NCBI GenBank assembly: GCA_049520815.1
Contig: JBEKPL010000002.1
Span: forward strand, 14,654 to 78,653
DNA from: Candidatus Limnocylindrales bacterium
GTDB taxonomy: Bacteria > Chloroflexota > Limnocylindria > Limnocylindrales > CSP1-4
Direction: 5' to 3'
Length of the DNA: 64,000 nucleotides
In this document: piece after piece, positions 56,484 through 64,000 of the stretch
Numbering within the stretch: position 1 is the first letter of the stretch
How the letters are laid out: each line of letters begins with the position of its first letter
Position numbers and translations under genes: made by a program
Notes under the pieces: generated by a model
Seen by the model: the letters and a program-made list of their open reading frames with translations, nothing else
Databases searched by the model: none
Told to the model about the DNA's origin: nothing

Positions 56484-56771
56484 GCAGCCCGAGGCGGCCC
56501 TTCTCGACACCCCGGGGCGCAGCCGGCGGGACTCCTCAATGGCCCGGAAGCGCATCGGCGCTTCATCGCGGCTCACGGGGCGAAGTGGGCCATCAGCCGT
56601 CCTGCCGCGCCAGACCGCGCCGAGCAGCGGGCCACGGCGAGCCGTTACCTCCGCCGGCCAGAGTCTTGACCGCGACGCCATGCCTCAGCTGTGCGACCAT
56701 TCCCGGACGCGGCGCCCTTCACGACGAGGCTCCGCGACGCGGCGAGGCTCGAGACGGTCACCGGAGGCACG

Positions 56772-58103
56772 ATGTTCAGACGACGCGAACGACGCGACAA
56801 GGCGGCAGACGAAGCCGACGAGACGCGCGCCGAGCCCGAGCTCGAGGACGATCTGGCCGAGGGTCTCGACGACGAGCCGGAGGACATGTCCGCCGACCTC
56901 GAGTCGCAGGCCGCAGACTACCTCGCCGACAACGAAGTCTGGATGTACGGCCCCAACGCCGGGGCGGTGCTGGAGATCCTGGACCGGCTCGAGGAGATCA
57001 CCCCGGCCGAGGCCCGGCCCCTCGCCGAAGCGTGGCTGGCGGTCCCCAAGTCGGATCGCGAGCAGGCTCGCAAGGCGGTCCGGAAGCTCTACGAGAGCGA
57101 CGAGGAGACGGCCCGCCACCTTCAGCTGGTCAGGGAGGCCGTCGGAACGTGGATGGCAGTGACAGCCGGCCACCCGGAGTACGTGAGCGCGGAGCCGGAC
57201 TGGGCCCGCATCTGCGCCCAGACCGGCGAGGCGGCGCTGGACGCGGCCACGGCCGTGATCGTGGAAGAGACGCTCGAGGAGAGCCACTTCGAGGCGTTGT
57301 ACTCGCCGTGGTCGGAGACGACGGCCCAGCTGGACGCGGACGCCGAGGCGGCGAGCTTGGAGGGCGGCGACCGGGCTTCTGCAGCCGGCGGGGATGAGGC
57401 GGAGGGCGGCGAGGACGAACAGGATGGCGAGGAGGCCACTGGCGAGGAGGAGGCCCGGTTCGGCCCAAACTCAGACGCCGTGGTGGACTTCCTGAACCGC
57501 CTCTGGCTGCTGACGCCCGAACAGGTCGGGCGGCTTGTGAGCGGCTGGCAGAACGCCCCGCGCGAGGAGTTGCGCCAGGCCCATGACTCCCTGAGCGCCC
57601 TGGTCGACGAGGATCCCGAATGGCGCGAGCAGGTCCGCCAGGCCCAGGAGAAGCTGGCGCCGTGGCTGAACGCCGGGCGCCTCGAGGAGACGGCCGGCTT
57701 CCTCGGCCAGGCCGGCCAGGGTGAGTCCCGCAAGATGGCCGGCCCTGCGCTGGCCGACGCCGTGGCCGCGCTGGTGCTGGGAGATCTGCTCGATTCCGGG
57801 GACGCCGAGGTCCTGTACGGGCCGTGGTTCAACCTGATCGGTGCGCCGCCGCTCCCTGAGCCGGCAGGGGAAGAGGCAGCCAAAGCCAAGGGCAAGGGCA
57901 CGGCGAAGCCCGCCGCCAAGGCCAAGCCGAAGCCTGCGGCCAAGGCCAAGCCAAAGCCTCCGGCCAAGCCGAAGCCCGCCGCCCCGGCCAAGCCAACGCC
58001 TCCGGCCAAGGCGAAGCCCGCCGCAAAGGCGAAGGGCACACCCAAGAAGGCGACGCCGGCAGGCAAGAGTCCGCCCGGGCGTCGACCGGGCCAGGAGGGA
58101 TGA
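56772..58103 (+). CDS. Acidic protein of unknown function with two copies of a ~123-aa module and a Lys/Pro/Ala-rich C-terminal tail
   Basis: GGAGG precedes ATG 56772. GC3 is high on this strand. Modules are at aa 59-181 ('YGPNAG..LYSPW') and aa 230-352 ('FGPNSD..LYGPW'). It is a paralogue of the next gene. Confidence 0.75.
   Translation: MFRRRERRDKAADEADETRAEPELEDDLAEGLDDEPEDMSADLESQAADYLADNEVWMYGPNAGAVLEILDRLEEITPAEARPLAEAWLAVPKSDREQARKAVRKLYESDEETARHLQLVREAVGTWMAVTAGHPEYVSAEPDWARICAQTGEAALDAATAVIVEETLEESHFEALYSPWSETTAQLDADAEAASLEGGDRASAAGGDEAEGGEDEQDGEEATGEEEARFGPNSDAVVDFLNRLWLLTPEQVGRLVSGWQNAPREELRQAHDSLSALVDEDPEWREQVRQAQEKLAPWLNAGRLEETAGFLGQAGQGESRKMAGPALADAVAALVLGDLLDSGDAEVLYGPWFNLIGAPPLPEPAGEEAAKAKGKGTAKPAAKAKPKPAAKAKPKPPAKPKPAAPAKPTPPAKAKPAAKAKGTPKKATPAGKSPPGRRPGQEG
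57874..58066 (+). repeat. Low-complexity coding repeat (AKP/KPA units)
   Basis: It encodes 'AKAKGKGTAKPAAKAKPKPAAKAKPKPPAKPKPAAPAKPTPPAKAKPAAKAKGTPKKATPAGK'. The DNA shows reiterated gccaaggccaagcc(g/a)aagcc units. Confidence 0.85.
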
Positions 58104-59266
58104 TGTTCGGACGAGGGAAGGGGAGGAAGGGGCCCGTCGCCAACCAGCTGAGGGGTGAGGCCAAGCCCAACACACTGAGCTGGGTCGCGACGGACGCCGA
58201 GACCCGTGAGGCGGAGCTCGCGTACGACGAGCTCGCCGAAGATCAGGGGCTCGAAGAAGACCTGGAGGACGAGGCGGACGATCGAACGCCCGCCCAGCGC
58301 CGGGCCGACCTGCAGGCGGAACTCGATCGTCAGGCCGAGGAGTTCGGGCTCACCGGTTCGAACCCGACGGCGATCTACGGTCCGAACGGGGAGGACGTGG
58401 AGGCGGTCCTCGAGGCGCTGTCGGGCATCGACACGGACCGGGCGGAGCAGCTCGCAGATGCGTGGGTGGCCGGCGACGCGACCGAGCGCGAAGTCCTGGA
58501 GCGTGACCTGCTGCGTCGCAGCCGCCTCGGGACGCACAGTTTCGAGCTGACGGCAGCGGAGGACGCGGTCGCGGCCTGGCTCAACGCCCAGACGCCCGAG
58601 GACGATGCCGATGCCGCTCTTTGGAGCCTGGTGGCGGATGCCGCCCGCGGAGCAGTCGACGCGCTGATCCTGGACGAAGAACTGGACGACGCCGACTTCG
58701 GCCTGCTCTACGGTCCGTGGGCGGACGTCATGGACGCCGACGAAGAGAACGGCGCGGCCGAAGCCGTGGGAAGCGGGGCAACGCAGGAGGACCCGGCGCG
58801 AGGCCCCGAGGGATCCCCGGACGAGCCGGACGGGGAGTTCGGACCCAATACGGAGCTGGTCCGGCAGTTCCTCGTGAAGCTCGGCGAGCTGACTCCCGAA
58901 CGTATCGGGGAGTTGACCGCCTTCTGGAACGGGCAATCGAAGTCGGACCTGCGGCAGGCGCATCGGGCCATGCAGGAGTTGGCCAAGGAGGACGAGACCT
59001 GGCGAGAGCAGGTCAGGGCGGCACAGGAGCAGATCACGACCTGGGCCAACGGCCCTCACGAGATCCGGCACGGCGGTGGCCTTCGACGGCCCTCGAGCGA
59101 GGTCGAGGCCAGGCTGGCCGCGCTTCCTCCCGTCACCGATGCGGTCTCGGCGCTGGTGCTGGCCGACCTGCTCGACCGGGAGGATGCGGAGACGCTCTAT
59201 GCCGCCTGGGAAGCGGCGGTCGGCGAGCCGACGCTTCCGGCGTTCGAGGACGACGGGACCGCCTGA
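58100..59266 (+). CDS. Acidic protein of unknown function, tandem paralogue with two copies of the same module
   Basis: ATGA overlap with the upstream gene. Modules are at aa 93-207 ('YGPNGE..LYGPW') and aa 247-370 ('FGPNTE..LTPERIGEL..LRQAHRAM..WREQVRAAQE..LYAAW'). Confidence 0.75.
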   Translation: MMFGRGKGRKGPVANQLRGEAKPNTLSWVATDAETREAELAYDELAEDQGLEEDLEDEADDRTPAQRRADLQAELDRQAEEFGLTGSNPTAIYGPNGEDVEAVLEALSGIDTDRAEQLADAWVAGDATEREVLERDLLRRSRLGTHSFELTAAEDAVAAWLNAQTPEDDADAALWSLVADAARGAVDALILDEELDDADFGLLYGPWADVMDADEENGAAEAVGSGATQEDPARGPEGSPDEPDGEFGPNTELVRQFLVKLGELTPERIGELTAFWNGQSKSDLRQAHRAMQELAKEDETWREQVRAAQEQITTWANGPHEIRHGGGLRRPSSEVEARLAALPPVTDAVSALVLADLLDREDAETLYAAWEAAVGEPTLPAFEDDGTA

Positions 59267-59388
59267 GCCGAAGGTCCCAAGGCGGACGACCAAAGGCCGG
59301 ACGAACTGACGCCGGCCCCGGACAGGCACTCGCCGAGGGCTCCTGCCTCGCCTGGACACGCGACCGGCCATCTGCAAGACTCGCGGCC

Positions 59389-59994
59389 ATGAAGCAATCG
59401 ATCGTCACCCTGGACATGGAAGGCGTGCTGACGCCGGAAATCTGGATTGCCGTGTCCGAAAAGACGGGCATCCCGGAACTGCGCCGCACCACGCGCGATG
59501 AGCCCGACTACGACAAGCTCATGCGCGGGCGCCTGGCAATACTCGACCAGCATGGATTGAAGCTGTCGGACATCCAGAACGTCATCGGCACGCTGCGGCC
59601 CCTGCCCGGTGCAAAGGAGTTCCTGGACGAACTGCGCCCGTTCGTGCAGGTCGTGATCCTGTCCGACACGTTCGAGCAGTTCGCCGCTCCCCTGCTCCGC
59701 CAGCTCAATTGGCCAACCCTGCTGTGCCACCGCCTGGTCGTCGAGAACGATCACATCGTTGACTACCAGCTGCGCATTCGGGAGCAGAAGCGCGAGGCCG
59801 TGGCCGCGTTCAAACGGATGAACTATCACGTCATCGCTGGGGGCGATTCCTTCAACGACACGAAGATGCTCGCCGAAGCGGACTGCGGCATCCTGTTCCG
59901 CGCGCCCGACGGTGTGAAACAGCAATTCCCCCAGTTCCCGGCCGTGGAAACCTACGCCGACTTGATGAAGCTGATCAAGCAAGAGATGGCGTAG
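59389..59994 (+). CDS. thrH: ThrH-type HAD phosphoserine phosphatase / homoserine phosphotransferase
   Basis: 'IVTLDMEGVLTPEIWIAVSEKTGI..TTRDEPDYDKLM..RLAILDQHGLKLSDIQ..VVILSDTF..PTLLCH..GDSFNDT.ML..FPQFPAV.TY' is collinear with my recollection of Pseudomonas ThrH. Confidence 0.8.
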   Translation: MKQSIVTLDMEGVLTPEIWIAVSEKTGIPELRRTTRDEPDYDKLMRGRLAILDQHGLKLSDIQNVIGTLRPLPGAKEFLDELRPFVQVVILSDTFEQFAAPLLRQLNWPTLLCHRLVVENDHIVDYQLRIREQKREAVAAFKRMNYHVIAGGDSFNDTKMLAEADCGILFRAPDGVKQQFPQFPAVETYADLMKLIKQEMA

Positions 59995-60050
59995 GCGCTG
60001 CCGGCGGGCCTGCGAACGGCCGCCTGCTTGCTCCCGAGTTCCGCCGCTCT

Positions 60051-60078
60051 GCGCTTAAGTCGCATGCGACTAATGCGC
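60051..60078. terminator. 28-bp imperfect palindrome with a perfect 14-bp core AGTCGCATGCGACT between convergent thrH and thrC
   Basis: GCGCTTAAGTCGCATGCGACTAATGCGC has 12 of 14 arm positions complementary. It is relatively A/T-rich for this genome. Confidence 0.4.
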
Positions 60079-60125
60079 TGTCGCGTCGGACTCGATCGCG
60101 TCAGTCGGCCGACCCTGCCCCTCTG

Positions 60126-61226
60126 CTACCAGCCCAGGGCGCGGACGACGCCATCGATCGTCGCCGCCGACTCGCGGATCGCGCCGGCGCCGCCGGCGGT
60201 TCGCTCAGCAGTCTCCGGGTCCTTGAGGCCGTGGCCGGTCAGGACGCACACGATCGTGGCGTCGCGATCGATCCGCCCCGCCGCCGCCAGCTTGCAGATG
60301 CCCGCCAGGCTGGCGGCCGAAGCGGGCTCGCAGAAGACTCCCTGGCTCGTGGCCAGTTCCCGATACGCGGCCACTATCTCTTCGTCCGTGACCGTCTCGA
60401 TGAGCCCGCCGGACTCGTCGCGAGCGGCCTCGGCCTGCTTCCAGCTGGCCGGGTTGCCGATGCGGATGGCCGTGGCGATCGTCTCGGGCTTCTCGACGGG
60501 ATGGCCCAGCACGATCGGCGCCGCGCCGGCCGCCTGGAACCCGAACATGCGCGGCCGCGCCGAGATCCGGCCCGCGGCCTGATAGCGCGAGAAGCCGGCC
60601 CAGTAGGCCGTGATGTTGCCGGCGTTGCCGACGGGAATGGCCAGGATGTCGGGGACGCGGCCGAGGTCGTCGCAGACCTCGAACGCGGCGGTGGTCTGGC
60701 CATCGATGCGGTAGGGGTTGACCGAGTTGACCAGCGTCACCGGATGGGCGGTCTGCTCGGCCATCTCCCGGACGACCGTCAGCGCCTGGTCGAAGTTGCC
60801 GTCCACGGCGATGACCTTGGCGCCGGCGGCGATCGCCTGGATCAACTTACCCAGGGCGATCTTGCCCTTTGGCAGGACGACGATGACCTCCAGCCCGGCG
60901 GCGGCACCGTAGGCCGCGGCCGAGGCGGAGGTGTTGCCGGTCGAGGCGCAGATGACCGCCCGCGCGCCCTCCTCGACGGCCTTGGATATGGCCACGACCA
61001 TCCCCCGATCCTTGAAAGAGCCGGTCGGGTTCGTGCCCTCGTACTTCACGAAGAGGTTCGGAACGCCGATGCGCGCCCCGATATGGTCGAGCCGAATGAG
61101 AGGCGTGAAGCCCTCGCCCAGGCTGATGATCGGAGTGGCGTCCGATATCGGCAGGAACTCGCGATAGCGCTCGACCAGGCGCGGCCGGGCAGCGGAGACG
61201 TCCGAGAGGTTGAGGGGCGTGGACAC
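60126..61226 (-). CDS. thrC: Threonine synthase
   Basis: Motifs 'ISLGEGFTPLIRL' and 'VKYEGTNPTGSFKDRG' (PLP Lys). Confidence 0.93.
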   Translation of the reverse strand: MSTPLNLSDVSAARPRLVERYREFLPISDATPIISLGEGFTPLIRLDHIGARIGVPNLFVKYEGTNPTGSFKDRGMVVAISKAVEEGARAVICASTGNTSASAAAYGAAAGLEVIVVLPKGKIALGKLIQAIAAGAKVIAVDGNFDQALTVVREMAEQTAHPVTLVNSVNPYRIDGQTTAAFEVCDDLGRVPDILAIPVGNAGNITAYWAGFSRYQAAGRISARPRMFGFQAAGAAPIVLGHPVEKPETIATAIRIGNPASWKQAEAARDESGGLIETVTDEEIVAAYRELATSQGVFCEPASAASLAGICKLAAAGRIDRDATIVCVLTGHGLKDPETAERTAGGAGAIRESAATIDGVVRALGW

Positions 61227-61241
61227 GGCAGATGGCTCCGT

Positions 61242-62564
61242 CTACGAGGTCAGGATCGGGTAGATGGGGATGTCGCGGTCGGGGTCGATGAGCGGCTCGA
61301 TGGCCTCGCGGACCTCGGCCAGCGGCAGCGGCCGCGTCTGAACCGCCACCCAAGTCCGGCTCCGGTGCCGTGGGAGGCTGCTGGGCGGCGGCGTGGCCAC
61401 CTCCTCAGCGAGGCGACCCGGGACTTCGTCCGGCAGCACGCCGGGCAGGCAGACATACCACGGCCGGCGGATGGTGGCACGGTCATCGGCGAGGGTCACG
61501 AGACCGGGCGCCGCGGGCGGCAGATCCGCCCAGGTTGACAGGCCGCTCCGGACGACTTCGAGCAGGTCGGCAAGGACGGCGCTGCTGGTCGCGGGACCGC
61601 CGGCGCCGGGACCCTCGAGGGAGACGCGACCGACCGGGTCGGCGTCGACCTCCAATCGGTTGAGCACGCCGTCGGTGCGGCCGAGGGGCGCGGCTACCGG
61701 TACGGCGGAGGTCATCACGGAGCCGGCCAGGCCGAATGCGGGCTCGGCTGTGCCGGGCGTGCTGGCGGTGGCAATCAGCCGGATGGCCAGACCCAGGGCC
61801 ACGGCTCCGGCGATGTCATTGGCCGAAACGCCGGTGATGCCAGGCTTGCCGTCGCCGCGCAATGACGGCGGGCTGGCGATGATGGAGCCGATCTCCGGCC
61901 ACGCCCCAAAAGCCAGCCGGGTCAGGACGGCGAGCTTGTTGGCGGCGTCGTGGCCCTCAACGTCGGCGCTCGGGTCACGCTCGGCATAGCCCTGGCCTTG
62001 TGCCGCGGCGAGCACCTCCTCGTAGCTGCGCCTGGCCTGCATCATCTCGGTCAGGATGAAGTTGGTGCTGCCGTTGACGATGCCCCGCACCCGGCGGATG
62101 TGGTTGGCGGCCAGGCCGCGGGCAATCGCGTCCAGGACTGGGGTGCCGCCGCAGACGGAGGCTTCGTAGCGAAAAGCCGTGCCCTTCGCGCGCGCGATCG
62201 CCTCCAGCTCCAGGCCGTGATGAGCCAGGACATGCTTGTTCGCGGTCACGACCGGCTTCCCCGCCCCGAGCGCCTCGGCGATCAGCGAGCGGGCCGGCTC
62301 GTCTCCGCCCAGCAGCTCCACGACCACGTCCACGTCGTCGCGCCTGACCACGGCTCCGGCGTCCGGCACGATGATCTCGCGCGGCATGCCGCGGTCTACG
62401 GCGCCCTCCACGTCGAGGTCGGCGATGGCCACCAGCTCGAGCATCCGGCCGCGGGCCGGGCCGATGCGCCGGTCGGGGTTGCGAAGGAACCCTCGGGCCA
62501 CCTCTGCGCCGACGGTGCCCACGCCGAGGATCGCGACACGGACGGGTCGTTGCTCGGTGGGCAT
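61242..62564 (-). CDS. hom: Homoserine dehydrogenase
   Basis: 'VRVAILGVGTVGAEVARG' with a C-terminal ACT-like region. ATG 62564; the extension to 62777 is rejected. Confidence 0.9.
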   Translation of the reverse strand: MPTEQRPVRVAILGVGTVGAEVARGFLRNPDRRIGPARGRMLELVAIADLDVEGAVDRGMPREIIVPDAGAVVRRDDVDVVVELLGGDEPARSLIAEALGAGKPVVTANKHVLAHHGLELEAIARAKGTAFRYEASVCGGTPVLDAIARGLAANHIRRVRGIVNGSTNFILTEMMQARRSYEEVLAAAQGQGYAERDPSADVEGHDAANKLAVLTRLAFGAWPEIGSIIASPPSLRGDGKPGITGVSANDIAGAVALGLAIRLIATASTPGTAEPAFGLAGSVMTSAVPVAAPLGRTDGVLNRLEVDADPVGRVSLEGPGAGGPATSSAVLADLLEVVRSGLSTWADLPPAAPGLVTLADDRATIRRPWYVCLPGVLPDEVPGRLAEEVATPPPSSLPRHRSRTWVAVQTRPLPLAEVREAIEPLIDPDRDIPIYPILTS

Positions 62565-62736
62565 TGGCACTCGACTGGGGCCAGCGGCACCGAGTTGGAA
62601 CCGCAGCCGACGGTGACGGACGGGCTGTGCGTCGTCCAGGAATGGTACCCGAGGCGTCGCCACTTCGGTTCGTGGCCGCCAGGACGGTGGACGCGGGTCG
62701 GTCGCTCGCGGGGATCGGTGGTAGGTTCCCCTGGTC

Positions 62737-63306
62737 ATGGGCCCGATCCTCCTCATCGACAACTTCGACTCCTTCACCTACAACGTCTTCCACGGCCTGG
62801 TTGAGGCCGGCGCGAGGGTTGAGGTCCACCGGCGCGATCTGATCGATCTGGAGGCGATCGATGCCCTCGATCCGCGGATGATCGTGCTGTCGCCCGGACC
62901 CGGCCGCCCCGAGGAGACGGGCGTGTGCCTCGACGTCGCGCGGACCCTGTGCGGACGAGTACCGATCCTGGGCATCTGTCTCGGGCTCCAGGTCCTGGCC
63001 GTGACCTGCGGAGGCCGCGTGGGTCCGGCCCCGGAGCCAATCCACGGCAAGACTTCGGCCGTGGCGCACGACGGGCGGGGGCTGTTCGAGGGGTTGCCAT
63101 CGCCGATGACGGTCGGGCGCTATCACTCGCTCTGCGTGACGGAAGTCCCACCCGAGATGGATGTCTGCGCCCGCACCGCGGACGGCACCGTGATGGGCCT
63201 GCGGCATCGCCACTTGTCGATGGCGGGCCTGCAGTTCCACCCCGACTCCTTCCTGACGCAGGACGGCTCCAAGATGCTATGGAACGCGGTCCATGGACGT
63301 TTCTGA
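62737..63306 (+). CDS. pabA: Glutamine amidotransferase component II of aminodeoxychorismate/anthranilate synthase
   Basis: Motifs 'ILLIDNFDSFTYNV', 'PILGICLGLQ' (catalytic Cys) and 'GLQFHPDS'. Confidence 0.85.
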   Translation: MGPILLIDNFDSFTYNVFHGLVEAGARVEVHRRDLIDLEAIDALDPRMIVLSPGPGRPEETGVCLDVARTLCGRVPILGICLGLQVLAVTCGGRVGPAPEPIHGKTSAVAHDGRGLFEGLPSPMTVGRYHSLCVTEVPPEMDVCARTADGTVMGLRHRHLSMAGLQFHPDSFLTQDGSKMLWNAVHGRF

Positions 63307-64000
63307 GACCTGGACCGCCAGGCGCGAGACCTACCCGTCGGCCGGCCTGCCCGATCTGCCCGACATGACCCCGTTCGCCCTGCTCCACGGCGCAGGCCGC
63401 TGGGTCATCCTCGCCGAGGATCCTCTGGCGGCGGTCGAGGCGGCCGATTTCGCGCCCTTCCGCTTCGAGCGGTCAGGATCGGCGCCCCCGATCAGGCCGG
63501 ACCTGGTCGGCCTCGTCGGGTACGGATACGACGCCGGCTGCGGACCGACCACTCCCCGGCATCCCGCCCGCGAGCCACTGAGTCTCCCGGACTTCCGCTT
63601 CGTGTTGTACGGCCGGGTCCGCGTCTGGGACCGCGAACTGGGAATGCTGTACGAGGGAGTCCGCCGGGCGCCGCGTATGATCGAACCCAAGCCGAGCCTG
63701 GTGAGGCCCGGGCGCTTCCAGGCTCGCAAGGTATGGGACACCGATGCGCCGGCCGGCTACTGGGCCAAGGTCGGGCGCATCCGCGAGGAGATCGCCCGCG
63801 GCAACGTCTATCAGGTCGATCTCACGCGCCAGGAAGCCTGGGCGTACGAGGGCAGCCTCCTGTCGTTCGCCGGGCGCCTGGCCGAGGCCGACCCAGCGCC
63901 CCGATCGGCCATCGTCGTCGAGCCCGACTTCGCCATCATCGGCGCCAGCCCCGAGTCATTCCTACGCATTGATGGCGGGGTGATCACGACACGACCGATC
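63293..64000 (+). CDS. pabB: Chorismate-binding component I (aminodeoxychorismate synthase-like), partial, runs off the window end
   Basis: My own translation from ATG 63293: 'MDVSETWTARRETYPS..GRIREEIARGNVYQVDLTRQ..IIGASPESFLRIDGGVITTRPI'. It overlaps the pabA end by 14 nt. This ORF is not in the supplied track because no stop lies inside the window. Confidence 0.75.
   Translation, partial: MDVSETWTARRETYPSAGLPDLPDMTPFALLHGAGRWVILAEDPLAAVEAADFAPFRFERSGSAPPIRPDLVGLVGYGYDAGCGPTTPRHPAREPLSLPDFRFVLYGRVRVWDRELGMLYEGVRRAPRMIEPKPSLVRPGRFQARKVWDTDAPAGYWAKVGRIREEIARGNVYQVDLTRQEAWAYEGSLLSFAGRLAEADPAPRSAIVVEPDFAIIGASPESFLRIDGGVITTRPI

Noticed and set aside
56471-56771. A lysine riboswitch (L-box) upstream of lysC.
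   Set aside because: I read the minus-strand leader and could not find the conserved L-box core elements. A -10-like box sits only 7 nt from the ATG, which argues for little or no leader. A covariance-model scan (Rfam RF00168) would settle it.
55262-57397. A 711-aa plus-strand ORF.
   Set aside because: It is antisense to lysC (clear aspartate kinase on the minus strand) and runs on through the intergenic region. The composition is Arg/Gly-rich with no motifs.
57122-59377. The longest ORF in the window (751 aa, minus strand).
   Set aside because: It is antisense to the two acidic paralogue genes. The product is Arg/Pro/Gly-rich, as expected for a spurious antisense frame in high-GC DNA. The plus strand has high GC3, SD/ATGA signals and conserved paralogous modules.

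Overview
This is a high-G+C bacterial chromosomal segment. The gene content (DUF3048, LCP ligase, type II FAS with E. coli-type AccABCD) suggests a monoderm-type high-GC lineage such as Chloroflexota or Actinomycetota, but taxonomy cannot be fixed from this window. I found no rRNA, tRNA or CRISPR array.

The window falls into three blocks.

(1) nt ~350-43,900 is a ~43-kb cell-envelope glycopolymer locus. It holds about 12 GT2/GT4 glycosyltransferases and the GDP-6-deoxyhexose genes gmd, fcl and an rmd-like gene. It also holds a nine-gene translationally coupled heptose module: GmhA/HddA/GmhB/HddC, a transaldolase and four tailoring oxidoreductases. The membrane machinery comprises a Wzx flippase, two Wzy_C/O-antigen-ligase-type proteins (one fused to a SAM methyltransferase) and two divergent GT-C-like enzymes. 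There is also a GT4-Zn-ribbon-methyltransferase fusion with a stand-alone paralogue, an FkbM methyltransferase, a disrupted acetyltransferase, an IS21 remnant and an LCP ligase. Two DUF3048 paralogues bracket the locus.

(2) nt 43,982-56,470 is a run of 13 co-directional, mostly overlapping minus-strand genes: lysC, birA, ECF sigma, putative anti-sigma, accD, accA, a BCCP paralogue lacking the biotinyl lysine, accC, fabZ, a metallophosphoesterase, fabF, accB, fabH and fabG.

(3) nt 56,772-64,000 holds two tandem paralogous acidic proteins of unknown function. Together they carry four copies of a ~115-125-aa module, and one has a Lys/Pro/Ala tail. They are followed by thrH, thrC, hom, pabA-like and a partial pabB-like gene.

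The most unusual items:
- the lysine-less BCCP paralogue sitting where accB normally sits
- the ECF sigma/anti-sigma pair spliced into the acc/fab run
- the UDP-glucose-dehydrogenase-family protein with its catalytic Cys replaced by Thr, inside the heptose module
- the Wzy-methyltransferase fusion
- two sets of non-coding direct repeats at operon heads
- the tandem acidic four-module protein pair

All calls come from reading the supplied ORF translations and the sequence by eye. No database search was run.
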